The notes beneath the pieces are model-generated. The model did not search any database. It saw nothing but the letters and a program-made list of their open reading frames with translations, and was not told the DNA's origin. The position numbers and the translations under genes were made by a program. Positions 1 through 10,147 of a stretch of DNA of 64,000 nucleotides are shown here, one piece after another (positions within the stretch are counted from its first letter, which is position 1; each line of letters opens with the position of its first letter). Location of the stretch: the NCBI RefSeq assembly GCF_001194135.2, contig NC_068982.1, positions 36,719,899 through 36,783,898 on the forward strand, read 5' to 3'. The DNA comes from Octopus bimaculoides (taxonomy: Eukaryota).

Positions 1-423
1 TACCGCTTCCGTACATCAAATTTCTTGAAGAAACAACGGAACGCAGATTCTGAACTATCAACACAACAATATTTATTTACAGAGGAAATAGGCAGCACTT
101 CGCCCTTTGGTTGCTGAGACGCCGTCAATGATGTTGAGTGGTTATTTGTCTCGCTCCAGAGTTGGAATGTTGGAGAGAGGTGCTTCGACGTCTGGGCCCT
201 TCGTCGGCCGGCGAGAAAGAGAATGAAAAAGGGCGCGAAGCTTGGATATAGATGACTACGCATGCGCATGAGACTCTTCCTGTGTTCCTTCCGGAACTAG
301 TCCCTGCGCATGCGTGGATAAGCTTTCCGGAAATGTCGTCTGCTATTAAGGCGTCACTACAGGTACAAGCAGCGGAACACAGCTTCAACGCACGTGGTTC
401 CAAGTAGAATATATTTGTCAACA
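1..423 (-). mobile_element. GC/CpG-rich LTR-like or promoter-like segment, probably truncated by the window start
   Basis: The minus strand starts TGTTGACAAAT at 423, with an AATAAA near 72-77 followed by a GT-rich tract. It is much richer in CpG than its flanks. No coding similarity was recognised. Confidence 0.35.
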
Positions 424-458
424 TATGTGCTTTCTCACAAACAAAAACACTCTCATGT

Positions 459-839
459 TTGGCTTGTTACTATGGAAACATGCATGTATGTGTCTGTGGC
501 TTACGATTGGCTGAAATTACCCAAAATTTGCAAACTTTAAAAGCTATTAACTCTTTATTTATTTATGGCGAAAATGAATTTCATGTCAATGATCAGCACA
601 CAAAACGGATCTTTTCTGTTTGGTTGCAACTTTTCAATTTCTTCAATTTTTGTTCCAATTGATTTCATGTGAGGTGTAATGATGTAGATTTGTATGCTGA
701 TCATTGACACGAAATTCATTTTCGCTGTAAAGTAATTAATAAAAAGTTAATAGCTTTTTAAATTTTGCAAATTTTGGGTAATTTTAACCAATCGAAAGCC
801 ACAGACATATAGGTACCCATTTCCATAGTAACAAGCCAA
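459..839. mobile_element. Foldback/MITE-like element with ~145-bp inverted arms
   Basis: 459-604 (TTGGCTTGTTACTATGGAAA...GATCAGCACACAAA) is the reverse complement of ~689-839 (TTTGTATGCTGATC...TTTCCATAGTAACAAGCCAA), with an ~85-bp spacer. Confidence 0.85.
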
Positions 840-1413
840 GCTGTTACTAAGCTGCTTACCATATGCTTAAAGCACACGCGGTATGAGGACAATCATGAGA
901 TATGCTAAAAATAACAGCTAAATAGATCTTAAATCACGCACCAATATTGATTTTGCATAATCGTATGAATTCCCGCGTGTAGAATATAAATTCGCAAACA
1001 TTTTCTGAAAATTAAAAAAAAAAAAAAACGTTACGAGGGGTTATATGGCGTGCGTAAAGCAGAATCCGCCAGTATTTCATTTGTTTACAGTTGACAACAC
1101 ATGCTGCCACGCACAAAATGACAGCTTCCAAATCCTGTTTTCTAACTGGGTAAAAATTATCAAACTTTAAACCTCAGTAACTTTTTTAAACAATTTTTCT
1201 AGAAAAAGTTTAATATCCCCCGAGATTCAGTGTGAAAAATTACATTAATTCACCGAATTTTAAAATTTTCATTAAACTTTAAAATTTCCACAGTTGCAGC
1301 TAAACAGAAAAGTTCCCACAAAACTACATCATTACACCAAATAGGAAATCAATCGGGACAGAAATTGAAAAGTGGCAACCAAACGTGTTCTAGGCTCTAT
1401 TGTGCTACCTTAC

Positions 1414-1480
1414 TGGCATTCCATCAATAATAAGGTTATTACCCAACCATCGGAGTGCAAGTCCGTGAGATGGTTGTGAT
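1414..1480 (-). CDS. Candidate internal exon of an unidentified minus-strand gene (xHNHLTDLHSDGWVITLLLMEC)
   Basis: Acceptor ACTTTTTACAG|ATCAC and donor GCCA|GTAAGG; 67 nt; open as phase1-to-phase2, and also as phase2-to-phase0 (SQPSHGLALRWLGNNLIIDGMP). Confidence 0.45.
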
Positions 1481-2000
1481 CTGTAAAAAGTTTTGAGTAG
1501 GAATCGGAGAGAGAAGTGTGAACACGTAATGCGCATGTGCACACTAAATTCGTAAAACAGAAGAGAAGAATAAAACAAGTTATATGATGGTCTGTATGCC
1601 ACGTCTGACACCATATTACACAAATTTGCTGCAATTTTCTTGTTACGAAATATTACCATTGAGTCCAATGTAAGAGGAAACTCCGTATGGGAACTCCAAG
1701 AAAATCATAAGATTAATGGGAAGAGAATACATAAGAGGCTTATGCATTGAGAGATGTGACGGGGTTTTCGTGTGAGATAACATTCAAAATTTTTAATACT
1801 GTTACATTTGAGAGTTCTTAATAGCTCACCGTTTTTTCCCCGTCGTCTTATTACAGAAAGCAGTATCTCTATCTTGCACTATCTGTAGAAGAAACTCAAA
1901 TGTATCCCTCTCTCTCCGCACAGAACGCAGTTAGAGTGGAAGTAGTTGCTATCCGCTCTTGTTTCTGCAAGTCTTTTTTCAAGGCACATTTCAGTTGAAC

Positions 2001-2711
2001 GAGATACCGTTTTACCCAGGGCTGGCTTGCACAATTGTTTTTCCCCACGAGAGTTCTGGAACCCAGTAATGAACTTATTTGCATACAGCCAATCAGAGTT
2101 CATCTTGAGCTTGTCAAGTTAACAAACATACTCTACCAAGTAAACTCAAGACGAAGAGTGGTGTTGTAAGTCGACTGATCGCCAAGTTATGCCTGATTTT
2201 AGAAGGAGACAAGTAATCAGATTTGCACCTATACCTATTGTATTTTGTTTGGGCCCCATATGGTAAAGATGTGGATGGGAAAAATTCGGGTAGAGGGTGA
2301 TGTGCTCGCATACAAAGTAAACAACAACACAAATAACTACGCAGAGGCAGCCATAGTTCAAACAAGAACAAAAGCAACAAGCATTATCAAAAGAGAAAAG
2401 AAGCATGGTCATTTCTTAACCAAGAGACCTTATCTTATTGCCCATCACTTGTTATGCACTCATAAATTAGTTTGATAGTTGAGCTCTGATTGGTTGTATG
2501 CAAATGAGTTCATAATTGGGGTCCAGAACTCGCATGGGAAAAAAAAATTTCGCGGCCGCCTCAAGGTGCCAGCAACTCGGGCAGTCGCCCGGGGTGCCAT
2601 GCGCTAGGGAGCGCCAAGGAAGGCATGACAAAGACAAGGAAATTTCCGCGACAGTCAGCTTGCCCGAGGCACTAAGCAACCGTAAGACAGGCCCTGGCTG
2701 TACCGTATCTC
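2001..2711. mobile_element. Degenerate inverted-repeat (MITE-like) element
   Basis: Inner arms 2038-2101 and 2481-2543 are reverse complements. Outer ends GAGATACCGT..CCAGGGCTGGCTTGC and GTAAGACAGGCCCTGG..TACCGTATCTC are also imperfect inverted repeats. Confidence 0.6.
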
Positions 2712-3019
2712 GATTTCACCCGGTTACAAATCATGTGTGCTGATTTTCTTTCTTTTATCTCAACATTTTCCGTTCGCACTGCACGTGTGACACAAAATAA
2801 CTTTATTTGAAGAACATATGCAAAACTCTACTTACATAGTAAATCTAACTTAAACAGTTTGTTTTTCTTTCATGCCTATGTTGTAATCGAAAATTGTTAT
2901 ATTTTCTCTGTGTGAATTATTATCTCATTCAAACCTGTACTTTCTGAACTTTTTGAACGTAAACACATGCTGTTCAATCACATTAAAATATTGTAACACT
3001 TAGACCTGTAGACGCTTAC

Positions 3020-3089
3020 CTTCAGGTGGCAGGTAAAAAAATAAAAAAGAACCTATATATAATTTATTGTTGTTGTCTCTGGTATCCAT
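3020..3089 (-). CDS. Weak candidate ATG-containing exon (MDTRDNNNKLYIGSFLFFYLPPE, phase-1 donor)
   Basis: Open frame from the ATG to the donor GAAG|GTAAGC, but the sequence is low complexity. Confidence 0.2.
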
Positions 3090-3189
3090 TATTTTCTTCT
3101 GTCTATTGCTACTGGGTTTAAATTACTCAACGCATCATAATCCGAACAACCAGTTTAGAAAGGTATGTGTGTATGCATGCATGTAAGTA

Positions 3190-3290
3190 TTGGTGCAGCA
3201 TTACCGAATGGTTAAAAAGTTTGCTTCGTAATCACGGAGCCCCGGGTTCGATTTCGCTGCATGGTATCCTGAACTAAAGTCTTTGGGAAT
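3190..3290 (+). mobile_element. tRNA-derived SINE 5' head (degenerate)
   Basis: A-box-like ...AATGGTTAA and B-box GGTTCGATTTC; resembles the 5' part of SINE family 1 found elsewhere in the window. Confidence 0.55.
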
Positions 3291-3829
3291 TGCCTGTAGC
3301 CTTTAATATAGAAATATTGAAAGCCACGGTGTACATCGACGTTATAAAACAATCATAATGAAATTTCATGCTTAACAGTGTATTTAATAGCAACACACTA
3401 TCACTCGCTCTCTAAAGGTAGCTTGTAATCTTGTAACCAAACACTAACAACAAACCTGTACCTCAAGTAAATCATGAGTACAAGCAAAGCAAACCGATGA
3501 ACTGGAATACAAAGCCACTGTATTATATTGTAAAGAGAAGAGATATCGACTTTTCGGATAGTTGTCTTTTGTCAAAATAGACGGAAAGAGAAGTGAACAA
3601 AAAATTGTAAAAAGGAAAATGTGATGTGCCTATCGAAAAAGAAGCATGCCGACTTATGACGGACAGAGAGTAAGTAGAGTTAATGGTTTCTTGCAGAGAT
3701 GAGTAAGCAAAGTCGAGGGTTGCTGTGGACAAACACTAGGAGATAAAACGCGTGAGAAGTTATAAATAGGCTGAGCATATGCCTGAGTGTGAAAAATTAC
3801 AGAATTAAGTGTGTGCGAGAAAGAGAGCG

Positions 3830-3831
3830 TT

Positions 3832-3881
<50 letters not shown>

Positions 3882-3899
3882 TGTGTGTGTGTGTGTGTT
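3830..3899. repeat. Compound (GA)n(GT)n microsatellite
   Basis: Seen directly. Confidence 0.95.
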
Positions 3900-5004
3900 A
3901 TGCAAACGTGTGTGAAGTGTCTGGGTGGACGTCTGAAATATTGCAGGCAGTATCTCTTTGTGTGTCTTTGTATGTTTACAAGTAGTGAATTAAGTATAAG
4001 AGAGATGTTGTGAGCGAATATGTACATGTGTGAACCTTATCAGTGGGGAGGAGGAATTCGATGAAAACTATTTAGTTGAGGCCACTTATCACTGCTGCTA
4101 TGTCCAAGTGGAAGGTTAACTATTGTTCATAAAATGGGAGGAGATGGTTTGTAAAAGGTCACAAAAGACAAATGCGTGTGAGTAGCATAGAGAATGAAAT
4201 TGCGAACAACAAACGTGAGCGACTTAATGCTATTTCATTGGGCGTTCAGCAAATTCTCACCAAAATCCCTAGCATAAACAGATGCATTTTAGTCCAAGAA
4301 GCGATTATGTGGACCATCAGCTAGTGCGCCAAATTTACCGACAGGCGTGCCAAAGTCATCGAGCCAATCAACCGGCTCGTTCATTTCTCTAGACATACAG
4401 GCAGTAATAAACGTACAAACTTCATTACCGTTTTGAACAAGCTGCTAGAGTATGTATTTCATTAACAAGTGTGTCAACAGTATTTTTTGGATCAATCAGT
4501 TATTCCACCTACTTCATCAACATACGTGCCTACAGTATTACCATTCAAAGCAATCAGCAACGCAGACCGATTCTATATGAACAAGCTTCTCTGTTAAGGA
4601 TTATTATCGTAGAAAGGCTTAGAAACAGGAATTATTGATATTGTAGTGGAGCATACAGCCCACCCAGAATGGCAAGGCCAGCCGATACTGAAGATATCAA
4701 TAGTGACGATGTTTCTGGCAATCACTGTGCCAGTGGGTGTTAAAAAATAATTTTGTTTGGATAATATAAAACATACCAACAATAGACAGCAGACCAACTA
4801 TGAAATCTTCAATTCAGATAGAGCTCTTATTGGCAACTCAAATACAGCCACACAGAGAAGTGATCAACCAATCAATCACATCGCCAACGAGCAGACCTAC
4901 ACCTGAGTCCACACTTTTACTAAGAACTCAGATACTCAACCGTTCCAAAATCAATAATTTTTACCACTGATACCGAACTTGAGACCTATCCACCTTACAC
5001 ACAC

Positions 5005-5465
5005 ACACTCATCTTCCAGATATTATCTTCATGATACGGTGGCCAGAGCGGTCTAGAACAGGATAACAAAAAAGAGAATACCTACAAATGAAGTTGACCA
5101 TATTGAGACCGATAGGTAAAAAGAATACTAGTGGAACTTGAAAACTAAAACAACCAACAGATACTGTTGTGTGGGACCACATAGAAAATATATGTTCTGT
5201 TGTAGAAATTCCTTCTGGACACGAATGTGGTTAGAAAAATACAAGAGAAAGAGGACATCTATAGACCATTGATAAAGAGTTTCCAAATCCAGTACCCAAG
5301 GTACACTTTCAGCTTCATACCCATAATTATTAGAGCAACAGAATAAATACCAATTCATCCAGAGAGCAAAATATGATTGAACTTGGAATTTTGGGGAGAG
5401 AATGCAAATCCTTACTTAATTCATAAGCTACAAATGACCACAATATCCGAGACTATTAAAATCTG
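5005..5465 (+). mobile_element. Decayed 3' end of a non-LTR retrotransposon with a restriction-like endonuclease (R4/NeSL/CRE-type)
   Basis: Frameshifted peptides SSRYYL..HDTVARAV, KQPTDTVVWDHIENICSVVEIP and KIQEKEDIYRPLIKSFQIQYPRYTFSFIPIII match the CCHC-RHD / PD..(D/E)xK / IPIIIG layout of RLE domains. Confidence 0.7.
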
Positions 5466-5484
5466 CTACGTACGTACATACATA

Positions 5485-5572
5485 CATGCGCTTCTTTCAG
5501 TTTCCGTCTATCAAATCCACTCACATGGCTTTGCTCAGCCCAGGCTATAGTAGAAAACACTTGGCCAATGTG

Positions 5573-5575
<3 letters not shown>
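5485..5575 (-). mobile_element. SINE family 1 fragment
   Basis: CTTCTTTCAGTTTCCGTCTATCAAATCCACTCAC matches the body of the full copy at 36388-36778. Confidence 0.8.
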
Positions 5576-5607
<32 letters not shown>

Positions 5608-6373
5608 CAGCGGGTAAACAAGCTTGCCATACAGATATAGATGGCGTTACACAACATTAAGGTTCAGACACGTGACCTCATCTCATCCTGTTTTTTTTTT
5701 TTTTGCATAAACACGCAAACAATGGGACGCAACTTGACTGGCTCTAATGCCACAGACCAGCTTGCAGAGAGGAGCATAGCACAGAAGACCGTGGCCTCTA
5801 CACATCAACCATTCTATTTATCATTCCATTGTATATATACGTGTAGCCACAATAAACGTGTTTAAGTTACAACCTTGTTTGTATATGTTCTTCGTCCGGG
5901 TTTGCTACCAGCGAGATTACAGCCTTCTGTAATAATAATAATTCTAGAGGGTACTCCGAAGCGAGATATCCACCCAGAGATGGGTGTTCTGGCGACAGTT
6001 TTCGCGGAAATGTCCACGAGGGGGATGGCTTCAGATCATCTGGAGAAACGGTCGATGCCGGTCAATATATAAGTAAATCCGCAACTGACCAGCCAGGTCG
6101 ATATGTATGTAACGGAACCTGGTGTCCGGTAGCTGAAAGTGTCCAAGAGGGGCTTTCACGTGACGATGCACTTTGGAACGCAGACATGGTAGACAGGCAC
6201 GTGACCAAGCAATAACAGACCGTCGCATATTCGGCCAGAAAAAGCGGGCCGAGATAAACTTTACGGTGGCTGCAATGCCGGAGTGTGACAGTGAATGCAG
6301 TGCTTCAAAAACAGTACGACGGTGACATTCAGGAACGAGGGGTCGTGGACCCGGTAGAAACATCGCAGAGAAT

Positions 6374-6591
6374 TCTACAATGAAATCAAATGTCAATCTC
6401 TTTAAAACGTCGGCCACTTTAACAGTAGCAGAATCACCATCCCACTACAGCTACACATTCATATAAAGCCTGCCAACGATCCTTCAGCAACAACACACCC
6501 TGATAAACTCTGTGACTACTACTAACTCCAGGCTACGATGGACAGAGAGGATGTTCTTGAGGCCGAGAATTTGAACTTACGGAGACAATAT
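6374..6591 (+). mobile_element. Penelope-like 3' fragment inserted in the Gypsy pol
   Basis: Near-identical to the reverse complement of 8332-8543. Confidence 0.7.
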
Positions 6592-6613
6592 TCGCAGAGA
6601 ATTCACAGCTCAA

Positions 6614-6844
6614 GGCAGTGAGCTGGCAGAAACGTCAGCGTGCCGGGCGAAATGCTTAGCGGTATTTCGTCTGCCGTTACTTTCTGAATTCAAATTCCGC
6701 CGAGGTCGACTTTGCCTTTCATCCTTTCGTGGTCGATAAATTAAGTACCAGTTACGCACTGGGGTCGATGTAATCGACTTAATCCCTTTGTCTGTCCTTG
6801 TTTGTCCCCTCTATGTTTAGCCCCTTGTGGGCAATAAAGAAATA
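6614..6844 (+). mobile_element. tRNA-derived SINE family 2, full length
   Basis: GGCAGTGAGCTGGCAGAA head, TTCAAATTCC B-box-like motif, central CTTTCATCCTTTC..GGTCGATAAA, AATAAAGAAA tail; homologous to 23539-23769. Confidence 0.9.
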
Positions 6845-7677
6845 AGAAACATCGCAGAGAATGGTTCCTCCAGAAAAAAGCAGAGGCAGGTGTTCAAACT
6901 TGCAGCAGGAAAACTGTGGTGAGGAGATGTCCAGAGAGTCCAAGTAGGGTTGATCAGTAGCCATAGCAACCAAATCAATCAAAGCAGGAGACGACAATGC
7001 ACCGAAAAGCAGGCGAGATAAGGCGTCGGCGGGGATGTTGTTAGTGCCAGCGATGTGGCGAATGTCACTAGGGAACTGTGATATATAATCCAATTGCCTT
7101 GTTTCTCTGAGCGAGTACCGGTCATTTTTTGGAAAGAGAGCGAACGTTAGCGGTGAAAATCGTGAAGTCTCTACCTTCAAGAAGATAAGAGAAATGCTTC
7201 ACCGCCAGGTAAATTGCTAAGAGTTCTTTACCAAATACACTATGTCTCATTTCAGTATTTTTCGGCTGGCGCGAGAGAAAAGCTAATGTCTGGCTTCGGC
7301 TGTTTACGGATTGCTCTAAAACTGCCCTTATAATTGAAAGAAGATGCAGCGAACTAGGAAAAAAAAATTCGAATGCCCTATGAAGATGAAGGACTTTATT
7401 TTCGCATTTATTTATAGACTGCATTTTGGCAATCCGATTAGTAACGGTCGATATTCTGTTGTGTCTGGGGAGAGTCATTTTCTTATTGTGCCTTAAGATT
7501 TAACACACTCACCGGTAAAATTTCCACTTATTTTTCTTTAACGGTCGATGTGTTACGTCAGCTATTTTGTTACGTCATGCTTTGCATTAAAAAATAAGCA
7601 ATAAATGTGGTCCAATCGATGTGTTGGTTAATCTGTGGTTTTCTCCATTTTCTGATTATTTGCCTTTATATATATAT

Positions 7678-8063
7678 AATTAAAAAAAGAAAAAATGAAG
7701 AGAAGGAAGTTAATAATTATTTATTATTAACAAATTGGTCATCTTCACTTCTTACAGCCGTTTCAATTAATACTCATTAATTTAATTACAAATTTGTACA
7801 TTAAATTTGCATTTATGTGACATGAGTACACAAAGGTGTACCCAGACTGAAATGAATTGATAGGTCTACAACATCTCAAGGTACATTTTTTAATTTTCTC
7901 TCTGATGAAATTATGCTCATGTCACATAAATGCAAATTTAATGTACAAATTTGCAGTCAAATTATTGAGTATTAATTGAAACGGCTGTAAGAAACGAAGA
8001 TGACTAATTTGTTAATAATAAATAATTGTTAATTTCCTTATCTCCATTTTCTTTTCTTCTTTT
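7678..8063. mobile_element. Penelope-type pseudo-LTR with an inverted partial duplication (arms ~7678-7826 and ~7916-8063)
   Basis: About 148-bp reverse-complement arms with an ~90-bp spacer; carries a hammerhead motif. Confidence 0.7.
7899..7992 (+). ncRNA. Type I minimal hammerhead ribozyme motif with extended stem II
   Basis: TCT-CTGATGA-AATTA...TAATT-GAAAC-GGCT-GTA-AGA: complete core, 3-bp stem I, near-palindromic stem III. Confidence 0.7.
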
Positions 8064-8157
8064 AACTGGATATAAACTATTTAATTAATATATACTTATT
8101 GTTTTAAGGGAATATCGTTCCCTAACAATATTAGGTATTGAAGAAGTATTTATATAT

Positions 8158-8578
8158 ATATAATTGAAGAAATTGGAGTCAACAAGAAGGAGTTCAGTTG
8201 GACATTTACTTTTTAATCACTACAATTGTTTCCACGCAACATAGTTTTCAAGTCGTGCAGGTACTTGATTATGCAACCGTTTCCCTGCATTATCATATCT
8301 AGTTGTGTTTCCTCAGGCGATATGTAAATATTGTCTCCGTAAGTTCAAATTCTCGGCCTCAAGAACATCCTCTCTGTCCATCGTAGCCTGGAGCTAGTAG
8401 TAGTCACAGAGTTTATCAGGGTGTGTTGTTGCTGAAGGACCGTCGGCAGGCTATATATGAATGTGTAGATGTAGTGGGATGGTGATTCTGCTACTGTTAA
8501 AGTGGCCGACGTTTTAAAGAGATTGACATTTGATTTCATTGTACTGTTGATTTGTTCTTCATAGTTGGTTACACATGC
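8158..8578 (-). mobile_element. Penelope-like 3' fragment (left arm of a head-to-head pair)
   Basis: Reverse complement of 8760-9172; includes decayed coding-like sequence and hammerhead-like motifs. Confidence 0.6.
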
Positions 8579-8666
8579 GTTTGTCCTTAGCTAACCTTTA
8601 AAATTCGGCCTATACGTACACAAAGATGTTCGTTCACATGCACATCCATATACGTACTAACGCCCG

Positions 8667-8705
<39 letters not shown>

Positions 8706-8759
8706 ACACACACGCTTGTGTAACCGNNNNNNNNNNACACATACACACACACACACACA

Positions 8760-9172
8760 CGCTTGTGTAACCGACTATGAAAAACAAATCAACAGTACAA
8801 AGAAATCAAATGTCAATACCTTTAAAACAACAACCACTTTAACAGTAGCAGATTCACCATCCAACTACATCTACACATTCAAAGCATCTTGCTAACGGTC
8901 CTTCAGCAACAACAGACCCTGATAAACTTAGTGACTACTACTAAATTCAGGCCACCACAAACAAAGAGGATGCTCTTGAAACCACGAATTTTTTTAACTT
9001 ACGGAGACAATATTCACATATCGCCTGAGGAAACAGCTAAATCTCATAATGCAGGGAAACGGTTTCATAATCAACTGCACGCCTGGAGAACTACGTTGCG
9101 TGGAAACAATTGTAGTGATGGAAAAATAAATGTCCAACCGTACTCCTTGTTAACTCCAATTTCATCAATTAT
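8760..9172 (+). mobile_element. Penelope-like 3' fragment (right arm of a head-to-head pair)
   Basis: Diverged homolog of 8158-8578; CTGAGGA..GAAAC (9025-9060) and CTGGAGA..GAAACAATTGTA (9083-9114). Confidence 0.6.
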
Positions 9173-9309
9173 CTATTCACACACGACAGATGCCCAAACG
9201 CAAACCTGGAAGTACGTATAATTGGATAGCATAGGGTAAACCTGAAGGCGGACGAGGTTTATACTGTACTCTACTACGTTCTTAACACAATATACCATAA
9301 CTATATATA

Positions 9310-9495
9310 TATATATATAAGTTCAAAAAAAGGAAATAGACAAAAAAACAACAACGTGAGGACGTGATACAGATTGTGTTACTAGACGCTCGGGAAAGGA
9401 GAGAGAATATGACGTTTCGAGCGGAGCTCTTGGTCGGAAACAAGGAAAGTCCAAAGAAGGGAAAAACGGAGAGAGAGAGAGAGAGAGAGAGATGG
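9310..9495 (-). mobile_element. Short repeat with a degenerate hammerhead-like motif (Penelope-associated)
   Basis: The minus strand at 9437-9411 reads CCGACCA-A-GAGC-TCC-GCTC-GAAAC-GTC. Confidence 0.45.
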
Positions 9496-10025
9496 TGTGT
9501 GTGTGAGCAACTTAGCAACAACCTTGTTGAGCACTAAGTTCATTTTCAATTCGCTGACGATGACTTTTAAAAATTTATTTGCAAAATTCAACATTCATCG
9601 TTTTGAGTGTATTACGCACATCATTTTCGGTTTCTAAACTGAAGTCTCATATCAAATGTACAATTTATAATTCTTTCTATTAGAGATACAAAATTGTGGG
9701 CGAGTTAACTTGGATAGAGAGCAAATATTCTTTCGTTTTAAATGTAGCAAGTGTCAACCTTGTAGCAGCCGATTTCCCTACACATTTCTCGGCAGTTTAT
9801 GCTCCAATTTTGTTTTTTAAATTGTTTTTTAATATACTTAAAATTTTTTACCAGTGTGTGTGTGTGTGTGTGTGCGTGTCTGTGTGTAAGTCTTCGGCAA
9901 CCTCTCGCACATGAAAAACATTACCTAACAGGAAAATACATAAAACAAATAACAAAGAATTTTCGTAGTCTGCCGAGAATGACTTTATGCGCCAGGAAAT
10001 CAGCCGGCGTGGGTTTGGTCCTTAC

Positions 10026-10147
10026 CGTATTTAAAACGGAAGAGTGCCAATAGAGCATCTTTCTTATTCGTAGATATTAGATTGTCCAAGATGCAGTACA
10101 AATTATAAATTACCCTGACTGTTTCCTCGCTACACAAGCATATATAC
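10026..10147 (-). CDS. Candidate exon (YICLCSEETVRVIYNLYCILDNLISTNKKDALLALFRFKY)
   Basis: Pyrimidine tract with CCAAG| acceptor and TACG|GTAAGG donor; 122 nt with only one open frame; its phase-1 end is compatible with exon 1414-1480. Confidence 0.5.

Larger units (their letters stand above)
5940..7330 (-). mobile_element. Ty3/Gypsy pol remnant (RNase H, integrase H2C2 zinc finger and core), interrupted by an insertion
   Basis: KELLAIYLAVKHFSYLLEGRDFTIFT; RQLDYISQF..IRHIAGTNNIPADALSR; ILCDVS|TG.PRPLVP..HSLSH..FFWPNM..C..C; IHIDLAG; WISRFGVP. Confidence 0.92.

Noticed and set aside
1663-1752. Short imperfect inverted repeat TCCAATGTAAG / CTTATGCATTGGA
   Set aside because: The arms are too short and imperfect for AT-rich DNA.
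2833-2934. Minus-strand exon candidate with a GTAAGT donor
   Set aside because: All three frames contain stops and the acceptor is weak; at most a UTR exon.
3190-3290. tRNA gene (A and B boxes; also 6614, 23539, 36700, 53895)
   Set aside because: No cloverleaf could be built, and the boxes run into SINE bodies.
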